Source: Candidatus Woesearchaeota archaeon
GTDB taxonomy: Archaea > Nanobdellota > Nanobdellia > Woesearchaeales > GW2011-AR9
Direction of reading: 5' to 3'
Length of the DNA stretch: 64,000 nucleotides
Assembly: GCA_016188115.1 (NCBI GenBank)
Contig: JACPIK010000002.1
Coordinates: 148,125 to 212,124, forward strand
Below are positions 21,301 to 28,970 of this stretch, piece by piece (positions within the stretch are counted from its first letter, which is position 1; each line of letters begins with the position of its first letter). The notes beneath the pieces were generated by a model, which ran no database searches, was not told the origin of the DNA, and was given only the letters and a program-made list of their open reading frames with translations. The position numbers were made by a program, and so were the translations under genes.

Positions 21301-21448
21301 CGCGTGCGCTTCCTTCTTCTTGAACAGCATCGACAACCTCTTCGCTTACTTTTTCAACATCTGCAGAGAAAACTACTGTAAGAGAAATACACACAGCGAT
21401 TATACTCAGTATAAATATAGTCGTTTTTTTCAAAATATTTACTTTCAT
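18332..21448 (-). CDS. giant membrane-anchored subtilisin-like serine protease (S8), paralogue 2
   Basis: ACVIDSGIDYRH, HGHGTHVSGTIVS and AGTSMATPHVAGAALL. The same insert (ESAHPYANN...), a poly-Gly linker, a C-terminal TM and many N-x-S/T sequons. Confidence 0.92.
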   Translation of the reverse strand: MKVNILKKTTIFILSIIAVCISLTVVFSADVEKVSEEVVDAVQEEGSARVIIILKDQSQRNVEQEQQEILDDLEELVEVQQSDVEENGDLVDINSKSDRVESLEQEELLVSQDTLQVGNDFLLTNEYETISALSAVVTQDAIDALEENSLVQQVIIDEKVSLFLNASGPLIGAGLVQNLTYLGLGINGSGQTACVIDSGIDYRHNAFGACSPMTYTTSGVQENLSTAIESAHPYANNANVTFTIYRENYTSMAIHFVNISLEAPNSSADASDRVFVYDGQNRTVAVYKGNLSNIWTPHVSGGMMSIQLVTDSSITNYGFYVDAIINGTTNTTANWSTCAGIAGGFDFVNNDADPMDDNGHGTHVSGTIVSRNETYRGIAPAAKVVAMKSMDSSGSGYFSDIDAAIEWCIQNKNVYNISVISMSLGTTSYHSNSACDSSYPTTAAMVNSAVGEGIMVVAASGNEATISGLSSPACITNVTAIGATTKADAVASYSNSGTRLGLLAPGGISGGASACTNGDKICAPYLDNTFSALAGTSMATPHVAGAALLMANYWSTVHSRTITPTEMYLTLNQTGIRINDTRNNLTFSRINVSGAISPILTFISPTPANNSVVNNTFTLNVSSSQPLSNATAELIFTNGSTLYHLLTQNNATLFSLVVTPLVNTSYLYRVSGNVSGLVTGYTLQRNVSVGINSSQPTVTISSPNNGTVAELGQVLSFLGTTTGFESNVLNYTWNFTNHGLNFSTQNVSLELYKAGNETIIFNATGAGQGNITSHTIFVNDTKSPTVLSQTFNSQVHIQRDGYQWINVSVLDYSNISNMSLVIGSSTLNNTCSGNSSSQSCVWFLNNFSTGTYEFTLTTSDNFSIRHDNATSLSFTVTSCSDSSKNGNEAGVDCGGSCTASCPTTSSSSGSSGGGGGGGGGGGGGIAPAKKAATTTPAEPAKVEGERLQKAKSNDNGKQSVVAGEKKVGENIAGADQHKEVGQDSNRNRLPFVGAAINVYRDLSSSTKEAVLVVFVLVIAGCFFGIGRNSLRKRRIDQK

Positions 21449-21504
21449 CTTGGTCTCTTTTAATATTTTCTTAGGCTACTAGTGTGAAAAACATTTGGAC
21501 TGGA

Positions 21505-22437
21505 TTATACTTGGATCTGTGTCTGTGAAGGTGTTTGAATAAGCGCAGAACCAATTCCCTCTCCAAGATGAAATGAGAATGGCATCAAAGCAGTAGTGAG
21601 TATTTCCAGAAATCCAGGCTGACGTTGATACACTAAAAATTCTACGTTCTCTAACCCATAGGTTTGTTCTAGATGTACTTTAGCAGAATCTCTATTTCCT
21701 AATTCATCAATCAACCCATTCTGCTTTGCTTCAATGCCTAAGAAAAATTCTCCTGTTGCCAGTTGCTCTGTTTGTTCGTAAGATAGGTGCCTATTTTGCG
21801 CAACTTCCTCAATGAAAAAACGATGGATTACATCCAACTTATTCTGCAAGATATGTTCCTCTTGTGGATTTAGTTCTCGATAAGGAGTTCCCAAATCTTT
21901 ATATTTTCCCGCGACAAGACGTTGGTATTCAACACCATATTTCTCCATTAACCCATCAAATTCTAAGTAAGACGAAATAACTCCTATGCTTCCGGTAATT
22001 GACATTCGGTTAGCAATGATATAATCCGTAGATGAGGCAATCCAGTATCCTCCTGACGCCCCGACTTCTCGAATAACGCTAATAACTGGTTTTTCAATGC
22101 TCTTAATTTTCGCGCTTACTTCATCAGACGCAACTGCTGATCCTCCAGGTGAGTTAATCTCCAGAACAATCGCTTTAATTGAGGAATCTTGTTCCGCTTG
22201 CTCTAGAAAGTCAATAATTTGTGTTGAAGAAGCAAAACTTTCTCCAAAATAACTTCCCTGCTGCGTAGATATGACGCCTTCAATTGGAATCAACGCTACA
22301 TTTCCAGTAGGTACTGAATCAAGAGCTACAAACGCAAGAGGGATGATAAACAAAAGAGTAAATACTAACAATACAACAACCGCCAAAAGAACTTTTCGAG
22401 AACTTTTAAAATGAGTCTCTTTACCACCTTCTTTCAT
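21505..22437 (-). CDS. sppA: signal peptide peptidase SppA (S49, 36K type)
   Basis: N-terminal TM, EINSPGGSAVASDEV and GASGGYWIASS...ITGSIGV motifs. Confidence 0.88.
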   Translation of the reverse strand: MKEGGKETHFKSSRKVLLAVVVLLVFTLLFIIPLAFVALDSVPTGNVALIPIEGVISTQQGSYFGESFASSTQIIDFLEQAEQDSSIKAIVLEINSPGGSAVASDEVSAKIKSIEKPVISVIREVGASGGYWIASSTDYIIANRMSITGSIGVISSYLEFDGLMEKYGVEYQRLVAGKYKDLGTPYRELNPQEEHILQNKLDVIHRFFIEEVAQNRHLSYEQTEQLATGEFFLGIEAKQNGLIDELGNRDSAKVHLEQTYGLENVEFLVYQRQPGFLEILTTALMPFSFHLGEGIGSALIQTPSQTQIQV

Positions 22438-22489
22438 AAAAATCTATTCGTTTTCCAGCTATATAAACCTTTTTCTTTAGGTATTTTCT

Positions 22490-22654
22490 AGCTTTGTTGA
22501 AAAGTTTGGTAGCGGCATTGAGGGTCGAGCTTCTTCTTTCTAACATTAAAGACGACATGGGGGGTGCCCCATACGGGGAATGTCATTTTCACAAGAAAAA
22601 ACAGCCGAATGCTCGACAGCCGCTACCTACCCGAAAAGGTAAGTTTTCAACAAA
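22490..22654. other. rod-like structured element B (~165 nt); unassigned ncRNA candidate
   Basis: Nested helices: TTTGTTGAAAA (22493-22503)/TTTTCAACAAA (22644-22654); GGTAGCGGC (22508-22516)/GCCGCTACC (22619-22627); GTCGAGC (22524-22530)/GCTCGAC (22611-22617); GACAT (22554-22558)/ATGTC (22580-22584), enclosing GGGGGGTGCCCCATACGGGGA. It lies in a 320-nt ORF-free divergent intergenic region. Confidence 0.35.
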
Positions 22655-22757
22655 ATCGTATTTGCTCATCAACTAACTCTACTAACGAAAAGCATAAGAA
22701 GAATGATTTATATCTCACTTTTGCTCATATCCTATCAAAATCGTCTCTCAAAAAAGT

Positions 22758-23591
22758 ATGATCCCTAATACCGAACATAATTTTGAACTCTTTCTTAAAG
22801 CTGCGCAACAGGTTGCTAAGCAAGCAGGAGAACTCATTTTGTCTTATTATAACCGTGAATATCAAGTAAAGATTAAAAATAACGAAAAAGATAATATTGT
22901 AACTGAAGTCGACACCAAAACAGAACGTCTTATTGTTTCAAAACTCAAAGAACAATTCCCTCACCATTTTTTTATCTGTGAAGAAACCAAACCTCCCACA
23001 ATACCCCAAGGAGCTTATGTTTGGATAATAGATCCTCTTGATGGAAGTCGAGACTTTGTCAAAAAAACTGATGATTTTGCAGTTCAAATTGGTCTTCTCA
23101 AAGAGGGGAAAGTTCTAGTGGGTGTTGTCTATCTCCCTCGACAAGACAAACTGTTCCATGCTGTTTCGGGCAGAGGAGCATATTGCAACGACCAACAGAT
23201 TCATGTTTCAAGTCGAAAATTAATTCGAGAATGTCGTGCCGTTGCAAGTTCGCGAATTAAAACTGACCCTGACGCAAAAGCTCTCTATGATCTATTTCAT
23301 TTTGGTAATTTGGACATTCGAGGAAGTTTCGGTCTTAAAATTGGACTTATTGCTAGTGGTATATATGATATTGTTCTCTATAAAAAAAAGAGTGTAAAAA
23401 TATGGGATGTTTGCGCTCCTCTCTTAATCTTAGAAGAAGCAGGAGGAAAAGCAACTCTTTCAAATGGCTCTCCTATACCATTAAATCCTTGTATTCTTGA
23501 CTATCTCTTACCCATCGTTCTCTCTAATGGAGAATGCCATCAATCAATTCTACGAATTTTGCAAAAAGCAGAAGAAAACAGCGAAGAGTAG
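22758..23591 (+). CDS. suhB: inositol monophosphatase / FBPase family protein
   Basis: EET, WIIDPLDGSRDF and WDVCAPLLILEEAGG motifs. Confidence 0.88.
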   Translation: MIPNTEHNFELFLKAAQQVAKQAGELILSYYNREYQVKIKNNEKDNIVTEVDTKTERLIVSKLKEQFPHHFFICEETKPPTIPQGAYVWIIDPLDGSRDFVKKTDDFAVQIGLLKEGKVLVGVVYLPRQDKLFHAVSGRGAYCNDQQIHVSSRKLIRECRAVASSRIKTDPDAKALYDLFHFGNLDIRGSFGLKIGLIASGIYDIVLYKKKSVKIWDVCAPLLILEEAGGKATLSNGSPIPLNPCILDYLLPIVLSNGECHQSILRILQKAEENSEE

Positions 23592-23655
23592 TGCTTCGCA
23601 TTTAACCCAAAGAAAACAGAACCTTTTTAAAAGAAACTCCTTCTTGCAATAGTAT

Positions 23656-23771
23656 AGCGGGGTAGGGGAGTCAGGAGTTCCCGATGGGCTCATATACTCA
23701 TTCGCGTTCGTAATTTTGAACGCAGGGCTCAAGAAACCCATAGGTCGGAGGTTCAAATCCTTCCCCCGCTA
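23656..23771 (+). tRNA. initiator tRNA-Met(CAU) with a 41-nt intron at 37/38
   Basis: AGCGGGG-TA-GGGG...CCC-G-ATGGG-CTCATA[23695-23735]A-CCCAT-AGGTC-GGAGG-TTCAAAT-CCTTC-CCCCGCT-A. The A1:U72 pair and three G:C pairs next to the anticodon loop are archaeal initiator hallmarks. Confidence 0.85.
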
Positions 23772-23803
23772 CTTCTTTTCTGGGATATATACATCTCCCT
23801 CGT

Positions 23804-23864
23804 TTTTTACGCTTGTAGAAAATATATTCTGAAGAAGATAGTTTTTACGCTTGTGGAGAATATA
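23804..23864 (+). repeat. two 23-nt direct repeats 38 bp apart, just downstream of tRNA-iMet
   Basis: TTTTTACGCTTGTAGAAAATATA (23804-23826) and TTTTTACGCTTGTGGAGAATATA (23842-23864), 21/23 identical. Confidence 0.6.
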
Positions 23865-24008
23865 GGTTGGGAAATTGTGATTTACCCCAATATTAGTAGT
23901 CTGCGAATTTAACATGTATACTATTTGCTATAAAGATTTAAAAGCAAAATTAGAACTCTTACTCTGTTTAAACATAGGAAGATTTAATGATTGAGAGAGG
24001 TATTATTT

Positions 24009-24158
24009 ATGGAGACAGCATGTACTATTTGTAATCAGGATTTTACTGAAAATGAGATAAAAACTAGCATAACTTTCAACCAGATAGGGATGATCATAGA
24101 TTACTCTAAAGCATCGTGTGTTAAATGTCTAAATGAAAAGAAAGAAAATTCAAGGTAA
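24009..24158 (+). CDS. possible 49-aa zinc-ribbon micro-protein
   Basis: METACTICNQ...ASCVKCLNEKKENSR has CxxC...CxxC. It is below the ORF-track size cutoff, and coding status is unproven. Confidence 0.3.
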   Translation: METACTICNQDFTENEIKTSITFNQIGMIIDYSKASCVKCLNEKKENSR

Positions 24159-24434
24159 AGAAATAATCATTATTTGAGTAATGCCAAATTTAACAACTCA
24201 CTGGGTATCTTTAGACCAATCAATACCTATTTTCCAATGAAAATAAGCTAATCTTTTAAGCTTGGGTGTTTTGGATACTGTAAACATGAAACAATATAGT
24301 CTAAAGTTCTCTATTCCCAGAGACATCGATAACTTAATAGAATAAACCAATCTGACATTTTTGTCTCACATTTTCCCAAAGAGTTATATCTTCTAAGATC
24401 TTCATACTAGTATAAATCATCACACTGTCACACT

Positions 24435-24845
24435 ATGACATACACACTACATAACCCTATCACCGGCGATGGACTTCCCGGAAGTAATTCTGATTTACAA
24501 TTTGGCAATCAGCTCTATATCATTTCAATCCAACCGCGATATAATGGATCTGCTGTAATGGGCTCTGGATATAATCCCCTAGCCCTCCCCTCTAATGCTT
24601 TATCAAATGTACCAACTGCACCCTCGTATGGAAGAATTGGAGCAACACCCCTTAATCATCCACTCACAAGAATGAATGGTCTTTCTCTTGACTCTTTAAT
24701 CCCTACCGACCCTGCAGAATTACCTTTTTCTCAAGGCTCACGTCAAGGTTTGTCATCATCAAAAAACTATGTTCTTCCTGTTGCATTAATGTTTCTATAT
24801 CTTAATAACAGTGGTAATAAACCTCAAAATCATTCTAAACATTAA
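24435..24845 (+). CDS. hypothetical P/S/N/G-rich protein with a hydrophobic C-terminal segment
   Basis: 136-aa ORF of low complexity. Its end overlaps the UDG gene by 11 nt (convergent). Coding status is uncertain. Confidence 0.3.
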   Translation: MTYTLHNPITGDGLPGSNSDLQFGNQLYIISIQPRYNGSAVMGSGYNPLALPSNALSNVPTAPSYGRIGATPLNHPLTRMNGLSLDSLIPTDPAELPFSQGSRQGLSSSKNYVLPVALMFLYLNNSGNKPQNHSKH

Positions 24846-25389
24846 ACATTATCTTCTTCAATTTTACAAAATCTCTTTTCATTTTTACTTGAATCAAAAC
24901 AGAATGTAACGCCGTTTCAGGATGATAGGTCACAAAATATTGTCTTGATTTATGTTCAATGGTTGTACCGTGTACTTCATCAAGGCTCTTCTTTCCAAGA
25001 CATGAACGCAATGCAACCTCGCCTAGAAGAATGATTAATTGTGGATTCAAAAGTGTAATCTGCTGGTCTAACCATAACTTCTTGCAGGTTGTACATTCTG
25101 CAAGCGTTGGTGCTTTTGGCGTCGCAACATGACATTTCACACTATTGGTAATAAAGAGTGTAGAATAATCAACACCTATCTCTTCAAACATTTTTTTCAA
25201 AAGCGTTCCAGACTTACCCACCAATGGCAACCCCTCCCGATCCTCTTGTTCATGAGTAGCACCACCAATAACCATGATCTTTGCATTTTTTGGTCCTTCA
25301 CCTGGCACCGCGAGAGTTCGACCTTTCCAGAGAGGGCATGCTGTGCAACGACGGATCTGTTCAGCAAGAGAGAAGAGTGTTTCTGGCAT
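24835..25389 (-). CDS. udg: uracil-DNA glycosylase, family 4 type
   Basis: CTACPLW...VPGEGP...IMVIGGATHEQEDREGLPLVGKSG..L...ITNSVKCH matches the family-4 UDG layout. The usual GE(A/G)PG motif reads GGATH here. Confidence 0.82.
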   Translation of the reverse strand: MPETLFSLAEQIRRCTACPLWKGRTLAVPGEGPKNAKIMVIGGATHEQEDREGLPLVGKSGTLLKKMFEEIGVDYSTLFITNSVKCHVATPKAPTLAECTTCKKLWLDQQITLLNPQLIILLGEVALRSCLGKKSLDEVHGTTIEHKSRQYFVTYHPETALHSVLIQVKMKRDFVKLKKIMFNV

Positions 25390-25445
25390 GATCTACAGAA
25401 TAAATTCAACTTTAAATTACTTTTCAATTTTCTCTTTTCAGCTTC

Positions 25446-26207
25446 TTAGCTTCTGATCTTATACCCTTTTCTAAATAGATATACACTCACAACAAAGAAT
25501 CCTAAAGCTAAAACCGTTGTCACCAACATCGAATAAACCAGGGGGATATCACTGGCTCCTAAAAATCCATAGCGAAATCCGTCAACAATATAGAGGATGG
25601 GATTTAATTTCATCAACGTCTGCCAAGGTTGTCCTAATGTTCCCACTGTAAAGAAAATACCACCTAAATAAGTCAGAGGAGTAATCACAAATGTGGAAAA
25701 GACGTTCATCTGATCAAAATTATTTGCCCAGAGTGCAGTAACAATTCCTGCAAAAGCAAAGAGCAGTGATGTCATAATCATAAAGAAAAGTAAAACAAAG
25801 ACGCTATGGATTGTAATTGGCGTCAACAATAAACCTACAATGCCAATTCCAAGTCCTACTAACAACGCGCGAAAAAGCGCACCAATAGTCAATCCTCCAA
25901 TGATCTGCCAATATGAAATTGGGGACAACAATAATTCCTGAATACTTCCATGAAATTTCTGTATAAACAAGGAAAATGAAGTTGCCATATATGCGCTCAT
26001 AATCACGCCCATCATCAATAAGCCCGGTACAATAAACGATAGATATGGTACGCCATGGATCGGTGGCATATGCGACCCCACCGCAGTTCCAAAAATAACG
26101 ATAAATAATGATGAAGTAAGAATCGGAGGAATAACTGATTGTGTCCAAATTCGCAGCACGCGAACTACTTCTTTACGCACCAATGTCCAAAATGGAATCA
26201 AATTCAT
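25446..26207 (-). CDS. ABC-2 type transporter permease
   Basis: 253 aa with six hydrophobic segments. It overlaps the ATPase gene by 4 nt. Confidence 0.8.
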   Translation of the reverse strand: MNLIPFWTLVRKEVVRVLRIWTQSVIPPILTSSLFIVIFGTAVGSHMPPIHGVPYLSFIVPGLLMMGVIMSAYMATSFSLFIQKFHGSIQELLLSPISYWQIIGGLTIGALFRALLVGLGIGIVGLLLTPITIHSVFVLLFFMIMTSLLFAFAGIVTALWANNFDQMNVFSTFVITPLTYLGGIFFTVGTLGQPWQTLMKLNPILYIVDGFRYGFLGASDIPLVYSMLVTTVLALGFFVVSVYLFRKGYKIRS

Positions 26208-26941
26208 TGCGGACCACCTCGCGTATGTTTAAGAAACACTTCTTCAAGCGTTGCATTCTCGCCATGCTCTTTAAGCAAATTTTGTTTTGTATCTAATTTG
26301 ATAATTTTACCATGATTAATAATCGCAATACGCTGACACAATTCTTCAGCTTCCTCAAGATAATGTGTTGTAAGTAAGATTGTGGTCCCCTGTTTGTTTA
26401 ACTTTTTCAAATATTCCCACAAAGCTTTTCGCGTTTCAATATCAACGCCTGCCGTAGGCTCATCTAAAATTAAAATTCGTGGTTTATGCATTAATGCTCG
26501 AGCAATCATGACCTTGCGTTTCATTCCGCCAGAAAGAGTTCTCATTGGAGCATTTCGCTTGTCTTTAAGATCTAACTGTACCAACAATTCCTCAATACGT
26601 TTTACTCGTTCTGCTTTAGGCATACCAAAATACCCTGCATTAAAATCAAGCACATTGTATACTTTTTCAAAGATGTCGAAATTAAATTCTTGGGGTACAA
26701 GACCAATAAGGGTACGTGCTTCTTTGTATTCTTTTTCTACATCCTTTCCAAATAGATGGCAATCTCCTGATGTTTTAGTAGTCAGACCAGTAAGAATGCC
26801 AATAGTCGTAGTTTTACCCGCGCCATTAGGACCAAGCAACCCAAAGAATTCTCCCTCTTTAATGTCAAGAGAGATACCGTGAAGGGCAACACTGTTTGGA
26901 TACTTTTTGGTTAGATTGTGAATCAAGATTGCGGAAGGCAT
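26204..26941 (-). CDS. ABC transporter ATP-binding protein
   Basis: Walker A GPNGAGKTT, signature LSGGMKRK, Walker B ILILDEPTAGVD. Confidence 0.93.
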   Translation of the reverse strand: MPSAILIHNLTKKYPNSVALHGISLDIKEGEFFGLLGPNGAGKTTTIGILTGLTTKTSGDCHLFGKDVEKEYKEARTLIGLVPQEFNFDIFEKVYNVLDFNAGYFGMPKAERVKRIEELLVQLDLKDKRNAPMRTLSGGMKRKVMIARALMHKPRILILDEPTAGVDIETRKALWEYLKKLNKQGTTILLTTHYLEEAEELCQRIAIINHGKIIKLDTKQNLLKEHGENATLEEVFLKHTRGGPQ

Positions 26942-27015
26942 GTGGATATTAAAGAAACAATGTATTAAATAACTTATGGTCAGAATTAAAGAGAAAGAAG
27001 AAAAAGAACCTAGTT

Positions 27016-27435
27016 TTAAAAATTAATTACTCTTCCTAAATCATAACCTGTGTCTCGTAGAGGAAGTTTCTGATCCGGCATTACAGGAGTTAATCTTGTT
27101 TCACCATAAGAAGAACTACCAATTAAGTTCCGAACGCCATCTCTCGATCTTTCCCAAGGGGTTCGTAAAGCATCATTAAATCTATCAAGATCACGTTGAA
27201 GAACTTTCATTCTTACTTCATTAAGATCATACACATTACCATGACTATCAAGCACTTGACCTGGTTGAAGTTCTTGACCCCATGGAAGATTTGCATGCAT
27301 CCACCCACTTGTGGTTCTGGTAGGAATATAAAGTGATAATCTAGGATTGATAACACCCATCTGTGCTGCTCGTTCTAACAACTCTTCCCCACCACACATT
27401 GGCATTCTGCCACCATACGCAACAATTGAAATCAT
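27016..27435 (-). CDS. hypothetical protein
   Basis: Trimmed to the ATG at 27435, which is preceded by GGAGG (gatgaGGAGGaaaccATG). No motif recognised. Confidence 0.5.
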   Translation of the reverse strand: MISIVAYGGRMPMCGGEELLERAAQMGVINPRLSLYIPTRTTSGWMHANLPWGQELQPGQVLDSHGNVYDLNEVRMKVLQRDLDRFNDALRTPWERSRDGVRNLIGSSSYGETRLTPVMPDQKLPLRDTGYDLGRVINF

Positions 27436-27515
27436 GGTTTCCTCCTCATCTATCAAAAGAGTCAGATAATATCTATTTTAAAAACATTATGTGGGAAAAA
27501 TAAAAACAGAGAATT

Positions 27516-27944
27516 CTAAATATCCACCAGCACTTGGGCTTTCCAATAATTATCTTGCTTGAATACTTCAAACATATGTCGTGTAATTGCTTTGATATCT
27601 ACTTTAGGATCATGGCGAGTGTGATCAATTTTTTCACCATGCGCCCAACACAATAAACTATATTTTCCCTCTTTTTCTTCAATGGTGATCTCAAATTTGC
27701 TAAATACTAATTGTTGATAATCTTTAAAGAACACTAAATCATCCAAAAAATCATAGAGTAAATTACTTACGGTTTTATCTTCCCCTACAATCTTAATTTT
27801 TGTTTTACGATGCACCATCTCTACATCAACCATCGTCTCCTCAACCGCCAAAGCACACTGTTCAAAGAGTTGCGGCAACGTTTCTGCTTTTGCCACAAAG
27901 AAGACGTCAGCTGTATGATCCAGAAATTTATGAAACGGCTCCAT
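27516..27944 (-). CDS. archease
   Basis: FLDHTADVFFVAKAETLPQLFEQCALAV is the archease N-terminal HTAD motif. Length is 142 aa. Confidence 0.85.
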   Translation of the reverse strand: MEPFHKFLDHTADVFFVAKAETLPQLFEQCALAVEETMVDVEMVHRKTKIKIVGEDKTVSNLLYDFLDDLVFFKDYQQLVFSKFEITIEEKEGKYSLLCWAHGEKIDHTRHDPKVDIKAITRHMFEVFKQDNYWKAQVLVDI

Positions 27945-28001
27945 ACTACCCTCCAGCCAGAACCCATTTATATGTTTGTCGGCAGTGGAGAAGGGAAATA
28001 T

Positions 28002-28943
28002 CTAAAGCGTAAATATAATCATATTTTTTTCTTGACTAAAATGAAACAATCCCTCTTTTTGTAACTTGGAACAAAGTATCAACAACCACTCTTCTTCCTC
28101 TTTTTTATAATCTTTCTTTACTGCCTTTCCCAACTCGTTAATTTCAATCTTCTGTCCCTCGTTTTTGCGTACCCATTCTACAATTCGACCACGAAAAATC
28201 CGATTGGGAATAAACTTACCTATCTCCCACACGCCCTGCTCTACTTTCTTTTCACGTACTTGCAACACCTTTACTGAATCTTTTTCGTACAACGGAAAAA
28301 ACCTACACTCCTGACGCAACGGACAAGATGAACACACTGGATTCTTACGCATACACACTAACGAACCAAAATCCATCAACGCATTGTGAAACATGCTACT
28401 CTTTCCAAAAGGGATCTCCTTCTTAGCCAAATCAAACAATTTCTTTTCACCAGTCTTATCTAGTGGCTCTCCTTGATCTTTCCCTTCAAAGTAACGTAAA
28501 AAAATACGACGCACATTTACATCAATCGCCGGTTCTTCCTGATTAAATGCAAACGAAAGCACTGCACCAGTAGTATATGGTCCCATACCTGGTAATTTTA
28601 TCAACGCCTCACGCACGCGAGGAATATTTCTTTCATACTTATTGACCACATCAACCGCAAATTTCTGCAACAATAACGCACGTCGATTATATCCTAATCC
28701 ACTCCAAGCTTGAATCACCTCTGCTTTAGAGGCTTTCGCTAGTGCTTCGAGTGTGGGAAACAAACCTAAGAATTCTTTATACTTCTCAATCACGCGTGGC
28801 ACTTGCGTCTGCTGCAACATGATTTCTGAGACCAACACTTGGTAGGGTGTGGGATTATGCCGCCAAGGAAGATCTCGTTTGTGGAGGGAGTACCAGATGA
28901 GGAGCTCGTGAGAAAAATTCATAAATTTGTAAGAATAAAACAT
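28002..28943 (-). CDS. mutY: A/G-specific adenine DNA glycosylase (MutY-like HhH-GPD with 4Fe-4S loop)
   Basis: RDLPWR..TPYQVLVSEIMLQQTQV, GLGYNRRA, LPGMGPYTTGAVLSFAF, DVNVRRI, C-x7-C-x2-C-x5-C (CMRKNPVCSSCPLRQEC), plus a C-terminal extra domain. Confidence 0.85.
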   Translation of the reverse strand: MFYSYKFMNFSHELLIWYSLHKRDLPWRHNPTPYQVLVSEIMLQQTQVPRVIEKYKEFLGLFPTLEALAKASKAEVIQAWSGLGYNRRALLLQKFAVDVVNKYERNIPRVREALIKLPGMGPYTTGAVLSFAFNQEEPAIDVNVRRIFLRYFEGKDQGEPLDKTGEKKLFDLAKKEIPFGKSSMFHNALMDFGSLVCMRKNPVCSSCPLRQECRFFPLYEKDSVKVLQVREKKVEQGVWEIGKFIPNRIFRGRIVEWVRKNEGQKIEINELGKAVKKDYKKEEEEWLLILCSKLQKEGLFHFSQEKNMIIFTL

Positions 28944-28970
28944 CTATAAAAAATGTGCTATAATCTATCT

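Noticed and set aside
22490-22654. Calling element B a minimal RNase P RNA (P1/P2/P4-like 3' strand order, with ACAG preceding the helix).
   Set aside because: The universally conserved CR-I (GAGGAAAGUCC) and CR-V motifs are absent, and 165 nt is shorter than any RNase P RNA I know. I kept it only as a remark in the finding.
23550-23756. ORF on the minus strand across tRNA-iMet.
   Set aside because: It overlaps a well-formed initiator tRNA.
23804-23864. A CRISPR array.
   Set aside because: There are only two 23-nt repeat copies, they are imperfect, no further units exist and no cas genes are in the window.
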